DNA of 64,000 nucleotides from Mytilus californianus (Eukaryota). The notes beneath the pieces are model-generated. The model ran no database searches, was not told the DNA's origin, and worked only from the letters and a program-made list of their open reading frames with translations. Location: positions 30,442,001 to 30,506,000 of the forward strand of contig NW_026262581.1 of the NCBI RefSeq assembly GCF_021869535.1, read 5' to 3'. Made by a program: the position numbers and the translations under genes. Positions 62,610 through 64,000 of this stretch are shown in pieces (position 1 is the stretch's first letter; each line of letters begins with the position of its first letter).

Positions 62610-64000
62610 TTATCTTACATCCAACATCTCACGACACTTACAAAAGAAGAAATCCTGGATAATCATAGGTCTGTTCTATGTTCCTTTGGAATTTCAACCA
62701 AAGATGAAGAACTGGATCTTCCATCACTGTATTGGATACCTAAACTACATAAGTGTCCTTACAAACAACGGTATATTGCTGGGTCTTCCAAGTGCTCCAC
62801 GAAATCTCTTTCTAAATTATTAACATCTATTTTATCAGCAATCAAAGCGGGGCTCCAAAGTTATTGTGAAACTGCCTATTCTAGAGGTGGCGTGAATCAG
62901 ATGTGGATACTAAAAAATTCCAAAGATCTTTTAGAGTACATACAATCTAAGACTCTCTCATCTTGCAATAGTATTAAAACATTTGACTTTTCTACACTTT
63001 ACACAAGTATTCCCCATTCCAAACTAAAAGACAAATTGAAAGAGTTGGTTTTACTTTGTTTCATTAAAAAGAATGGCGAACGTAGATACAAGTATCTTGT
63101 CTTGGGGAGGGATAAATCCTACTTTGTAAAGAATCACTCTGATTCAAACAAAAAATTCTCTGAAACTGACATTATCAAGATGCTTGATTTCTTGATTGAC
63201 AACATATTTGTTACGTTTGGAGGACGTGTTTTTCAACAGACTGTCGGAATTCCAATGGGAACCAATTGTGCCCCTCTTCTTGCCGACTTGTTTCTTTATT
63301 ATTACGTTTGGAGGACGTGTTTTTCAACAGACTGTCGGAATTCCAATGGGAACCAATTGTGCCCCTCTTCTTGCCGACTTGTTTCTTTATTATTATGAGG
63401 CTGACTTCATACAGGAACTTCTTAGGAAGAAAGATAAGAAGTTAGCAATATCCTTTAACTCTACGTTCCGCTATATAGATGATGTTCTTTCACTAAATAA
63501 TACAAAATTTGGTGACTATGTTGAACGAATCTATCCCATCAAACTAGAGATAAAGGATACTACAGATACAGTTAAGTCTGCCTCATATCTTGACTTACAT
63601 CTAGAAATTGACAATGAGGGTCGGTTGAAAACAAAACTTTACGACAAAAGAGATAATTTCAGCTTCCCAATTGTGAACTTTCCATTTCTATGTAGCAACA
63701 TTCCAGCAGCGCCTGCATACGGAGTATAAATCTCCCAATTGATACGATATTCCCGGGCTTGTGTTTCCTATCATGATTTCCTTGATAGAGGATTGCTGCT
63801 CACAAGGAAGCTATTAAGCCAAGAGTTCCAAATGGTGAAGTTGAGATCATCCATTCGTAAATTTTACGGACGCCATCACGAGTTGGTTGACCGTTATGGA
63901 ATAACCGTTTCACAGATGATATCGGATATGTTCCTTATGTCGTAACTACAATATCCTTCCCTTTTCACGAATGTGACTTACCGAATAAGACTATTTACCG
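62610..64000 (+). mobile_element. Penelope-like retroelement RT (Naiad-like), 5'-truncated and disrupted; runs off the window
   Basis: LYWIPKLHKCPYKQRYIAGS, IKTFDFSTLYT, QQTVGIPMGTNCAP, FRYIDD; 91-bp frameshifting duplication (63211/63302); TAA at 63727-63729. Confidence 0.9.

Overview
AT-rich eukaryotic genomic DNA. The repeat landscape looks like a mytilid bivalve (Mytilus-like); this is inferred and cannot be confirmed from the window. Three spliced protein-coding genes can be rebuilt with in-phase splice sites: a PAP2-family phospholipid phosphatase (minus strand, 6 coding exons, 9071-23034, 302 aa), hydroxypyruvate isomerase HYI (minus, 8 exons, 34170-45285 or -45369, GC-AG first intron) and, head-to-head with it, FBXW9 (plus, 8 coding exons, 48571-59811, 447 aa). 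The rest is a dense patchwork of non-autonomous mobile DNA: Helentron/HINE(Pearl)-like elements with internal tandem arrays, a tRNA-derived SINE with a 14-bp target-site duplication (TSD), a truncated CR1/L2-group LINE nested in a Penelope-like fragment, a disrupted Penelope-like reverse transcriptase (RT) at the right edge, and terminal-inverted-repeat (TIR) elements with 2-, 5-, 6-, 7- and 8-bp TSDs. There are also four minisatellites of 36-45 bp. I found no convincing novel multi-gene system and no CRISPR, rRNA or tRNA gene. The most unusual items are a 27-bp perfect palindrome with a 7-bp TSD, a fivefold-repeated splice acceptor in FBXW9, a 3.2-kb foldback-like element with decayed coding-like cargo, and a possible dual-start (mitochondrial/cytosolic) HYI.
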